A stretch of 64,000 nucleotides of DNA. It comes from an uncultured Planctomycetota bacterium (lineage in GTDB: Bacteria > Planctomycetota > PLA2 > JAEUHO01). A program made the translations under genes and the position numbers. Under the pieces are notes generated by a model. That model did no database searches. It was not told the DNA's origin and saw only the letters and a program-made list of their open reading frames with translations. The DNA is taken from assembly GCA_963752285.1 (NCBI GenBank), contig CAVVXN010000005.1, positions 480,001 to 544,000 on the forward strand, in the 5' to 3' direction. How positions within the stretch are numbered: the stretch's first letter is position 1; each line of letters begins with the position of its first letter. This document shows positions 58,855-64,000 of the stretch, one piece after another.

Positions 58855-61800
58855 ATGAGCAAAGAGAACGGCAACGGGACCATCGACGACTACCAGCTCG
58901 TCCACTACGGCGGGAAGCGGTCGTACGACATCCCCCACCTCGCCGAGCTGCAGACCGCGTCGTACGCGGAGTTCCTGCAGGACGAGGTGCCGGCGGAGCA
59001 CCGCCAGTCCTCGGGGCTCGAGGCGATCCTGAGGGAGGTGTTCCCGATCCCGTCGTACGACGGGACGATGGAGCTCCAGTACCTCGGATACGACCTCGGG
59101 AGCCCGCGGTACACGCCGGACGAGTGCCGCGAGCTGAAGCTCACATACGGCCGTCCCTTCAAGGTGCGCGTGCGCCTGCAGAAGGAGAGTCCCGTCGAGG
59201 AGGACGTGTACCTCGGCGAGATCCCGATCATGGTCGGCGGGGGCGAGTTCATCGTGAACGGGACGGAGCGCGTCATCGTCACGCAGCTCCACCGCTCGCC
59301 GGGCGTGGACTTCTCCGTCGAGACGCACACCTCCGACAAGAAGCTGCACTCGTGCTGGCTCATCCCCGAGCGCGGCTCCTGGATCGAGTTCAACGTCACG
59401 AAGAAGGACATGCTGGCGGTACGGATCGACCAGTCCGGGAAGTTCCCCGCCACCGCGCTGCTCCGGGCCATGAGCGAGGAGTTCTCCACGGACCAGGACC
59501 TGGTCCGGCTCTTCTACAAGACGAAGACCGTCTCGACGACGTCGCGCACCTACAAGAAGGGCGTGGTCGGGAAGCACACGGTGAACCCCGTGGCCGACGA
59601 GGCCACGGGCGAGGTGATCCTCGAGGCGCTCGAGATCGTGAGCGAGGAGGCGGCCGACCGCGCGGCGAAGTGCGGGATCGCCGCCGTCGAGATCATCGAG
59701 GACGTGGACGACCCGCTCGTCCTGAACACGCTCCTCGAGGACACGACCGAGTCCCACGAGGAGGCGCTGCTCAAGATCTACGGCCGGCTCCGCCCGGGCA
59801 ACCCGCCCCAGGTCGAGAAGGCGAAGGAGCTCTTCCGAGAGAAGTTCTTCGACCCGTCGCGCTATCGCCTTGGCCGCGTCGGCCGGTTCCGACTGAACCG
59901 CAAGTTCAAGACGGACTTCCCCGAGGAGCAGCAGACCCTCCACAAGGAGGACCTGGTGCAGGCGGTCCGCTACCTGGTCAGCCTGCGGGGTGGCAAGGGC
60001 GAGATCGACGACATCGACCACCTCGGCAACCGGCGCATCCGCACGATCGCCGAGTTGGCGGGCGACGAGCTCCGCAAGGGCTTCCTCAAGCTGCGCCGCA
60101 CGGCCCAGGAACGGATGAACATCGAGGACGCCGACACGATCACGCCGCGCAGCGTGATCAACTCGAAGACGATCTCGTCGGCCATCGACTACTTCTTCGG
60201 CCGCGGCGAGCTGTCGCAGGTCGTGGACCAGACGAACCCCCTCTCGCAGCTCACGCACGAGCGCCGGCTCTCGGCCCTCGGCCCGGGCGGCCTCAACCGG
60301 AAGCGCGCCGGGTTCGAGGTGCGTGACGTACACATCAGCCACTACGGCCGGATCTGCCCCATCGAGACCCCCGAGGGCACCAACATCGGTCTCATCTCGT
60401 CGCTGTCGATCTACAGCGGCGTGGACGACTACGGCTTCCTCACCACGCCCTACCGCGTGGTGCGGGACGGCCGGGTGACGGAGGAGATCGTGCAGCTCCG
60501 TGCGGACGAGGAGCTCGATGCGGTCCTGGCGCCCGCGGACACGCAGGTGGACGACAAGTCGCGCATCATCGGAGAGGTCGTCCTGGGTCGAAAGAACGAC
60601 GACTTCCTCCTCGTGAAGCGGGAAGACGTCCAGTACATGGACGTGTCCCCGATGCAGCTGGTCGGAGTGTCGGCGGCATTGATCCCGTTCCTGGAGCACG
60701 ACGACGCGAACCGCGCGCTGATGGGCTCGAACATGCATGCGACAGGCGGTGCCGCTACTCGTGACCGACCCGGCGCTCGTCGGGACGGGCATGGAGCGTA
60801 TCGTCGCCGAGAACTCGAGCATGGTGGTGCGAACCAAGCACCCCGGGACCGTGACGTACGTAGACGCCTCGCGCATCGTGGTGGGGGAGGACCTGTACGT
60901 CCTCCGCAAGTTCGTCGGTTTGAACGAGCGTACCTGTCTCAACCAGAAGCCGATCGTCTCGGTGGGCGACCAGGTCCGGGCCGGGCAGGTGATCGCGGAC
61001 GGGGCGGGGACGCACCGGGGCGAGCTGGCCCTGGGCCACAACGCGCTCGTCGCGTTCATGCCGTGGGACGGCTACAACTACGAGGACGCGATTCTCGTGA
61101 GCGAGGAGCTCGTACAGCACGACAAGTACACCTCCATCCACATGGACGTGTACGAGATCGAGATCCGCGAGACGAAGCTCGGTCGCGAGGAGTTCACGAG
61201 CGACATCCCGAACGTGTCGGAGCGCGCGCTGCGCAACCTCGACGAGGACGGCATCGTACGGGTGGGGACGCGCGTCCTGCCCGGTGACATCCTGGTCGGC
61301 AAGGTGGCTCCGAAGTCGAAGAGCGAGCTCTCGCCCGAGGAGAAGCTGCTCCACGCGATCTTCGGCCGCGCCGGCGAAGACGTGAAGAACGACTCCCTGA
61401 CCGTCCCGCCGGGCGTCGAGGGGATCGTCATCGAGACGAAGAAGTTCTCGCGCAAGGTGAACGTGAGCGAGGAGGACCGCCTCGACAGCCAGCGGATGAT
61501 CCGGGACGCGGAGCGGACCTTCCAGGAGTCCTTCAAGCGAGAGATGGACACGCTCGTCGCCGCGATGCACGAGTCACTCGGCCGCACGCTCGTCGACCCG
61601 GCCACCAACAAGGCGTTCTCGACGAACGGCGTCGAGTCGCTGCCGGAGCTCCGCGAGGTGCGCGACCGGCTCCTCGCCGCGGTGCGGGGGGCGGGGTTGC
61701 GCCCCGAAGACCCGTTCCACGTCGTCATGCGCCGGCACGTGGTGGCCATCGAGGACGCCGAGGCGGTCAAGAACAAGCAGGTGAACAGGTTGTCGCGCGG

Positions 61801-62557
61801 CGACGAGCTGCCGACCGGCGTGCTCGAGGTCGTGAAGGTCTACATCGCGACGAAGCGCAACCTGTCGGTCGGCGACAAGATGGCCGGCCGGCACGGCAAC
61901 AAGGGCGTGATCAGCCGGGTGCTGCCCCTCGAGGACATGCCGTTCCTCGAGGACGGGACGCCGGTGCAGATCGTCCTGAACCCGCTCGGCGTGCCGAGCC
62001 GTATGAACGTCGGGCAGATCCTCGAGACGCATCTCGGCCACGCCGCGAAGCTCCTCGGCCTCCGCGTGACGACGCGCGTGTTCGACGGCGCCTCCGAGCA
62101 CGACATCGAGGGTCTGCTCGAGAAGGCGGGCCTGCCGCCGGACGGCAAGGTGACCCTCTTCGACGGGCGGACGGGCCGCACCTTCGACCAGAAGGTCACG
62201 GTCGGCTACCTGTACATGATGAAGCTCCACCACCTGGTGGACGAGAAGATCCACGCGCGCGCGACGGGCCCGTACAGCCTCATCACGCAGCAGCCCCTCG
62301 GGGGCAAGGCGCGATTCGGCGGCCAGCGTTTCGGAGAGATGGAGGTGTGGGCGCTCGAGGCGTACGGCGCCGCGCACATCCTGCAGGAGCTTTTGACCGT
62401 GAAGTCCGACGACGTGGACGGCCGCATGAAGATCTACGAGTCGATGGTGAAGGGCGAGAACATGCTCGAGCCGGGGACCCCGGTTTCCTTCGAGGTCCTC
62501 TGCAACGAGATCCGCGGCCTCGCGCTGAACATCGAGCTCGAGAAGAGCAGCCTCTGA
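58855..62557 (+). CDS. rpoB: RNA polymerase beta subunit (one apparent +1 frameshift near 60738)
   Basis: 'QLHRSPG', 'CPIETPEG', '[12 protein letters not shown]', 'GQRFGEME'; conserved NMQRQA reads AAC ATG CA(T)G CGA CAG. Confidence 0.97.

Positions 62558-64000
<1,443 letters not shown>

Overview
High-GC bacterial chromosomal segment, most likely Planctomycetota (inferred from the EF-Tu switch-I '[17 protein letters not shown]', SecE 'IYKPGQG', RpoB '[12 protein letters not shown]' and L33 '[10 protein letters not shown]' signatures). Most of the window is housekeeping or lineage-typical genes: M16 peptidase, galK-like kinase, folE, dodecin, nth, dusB, ClC, comEC, kdsD, pmm, aroC, pyrE, and the tRNA-tuf-rpmG-secE-nusG-rplKAJL-rpoBC cluster. 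Highlights: (1) a divergent cbb3-like heme-copper operon whose subunit I keeps all metal ligands but appears to have lost several proton-channel residues, with CcoP replaced by an 865-aa multidomain cytochrome; (2) a three-domain NifU homologue that has lost all scaffold cysteines but keeps its central [2Fe-2S] ligands; (3) an orphan protein made of two tandem N3+secretin-like modules; (4) an EF-Tu with NAID in place of the near-invariant NKxD motif; (5) a decayed IS256/IS21 island after tRNA-Lys with two cargo genes; (6) an in-frame ComEC-DUF92 read-through; (7) a recurrent -10 box 6-7 nt upstream of start codons, suggesting leaderless mRNAs. Frameshifts in rpoB/rpoC are most likely sequencing errors. 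All family calls come from motif recognition by eye; no searches were run.
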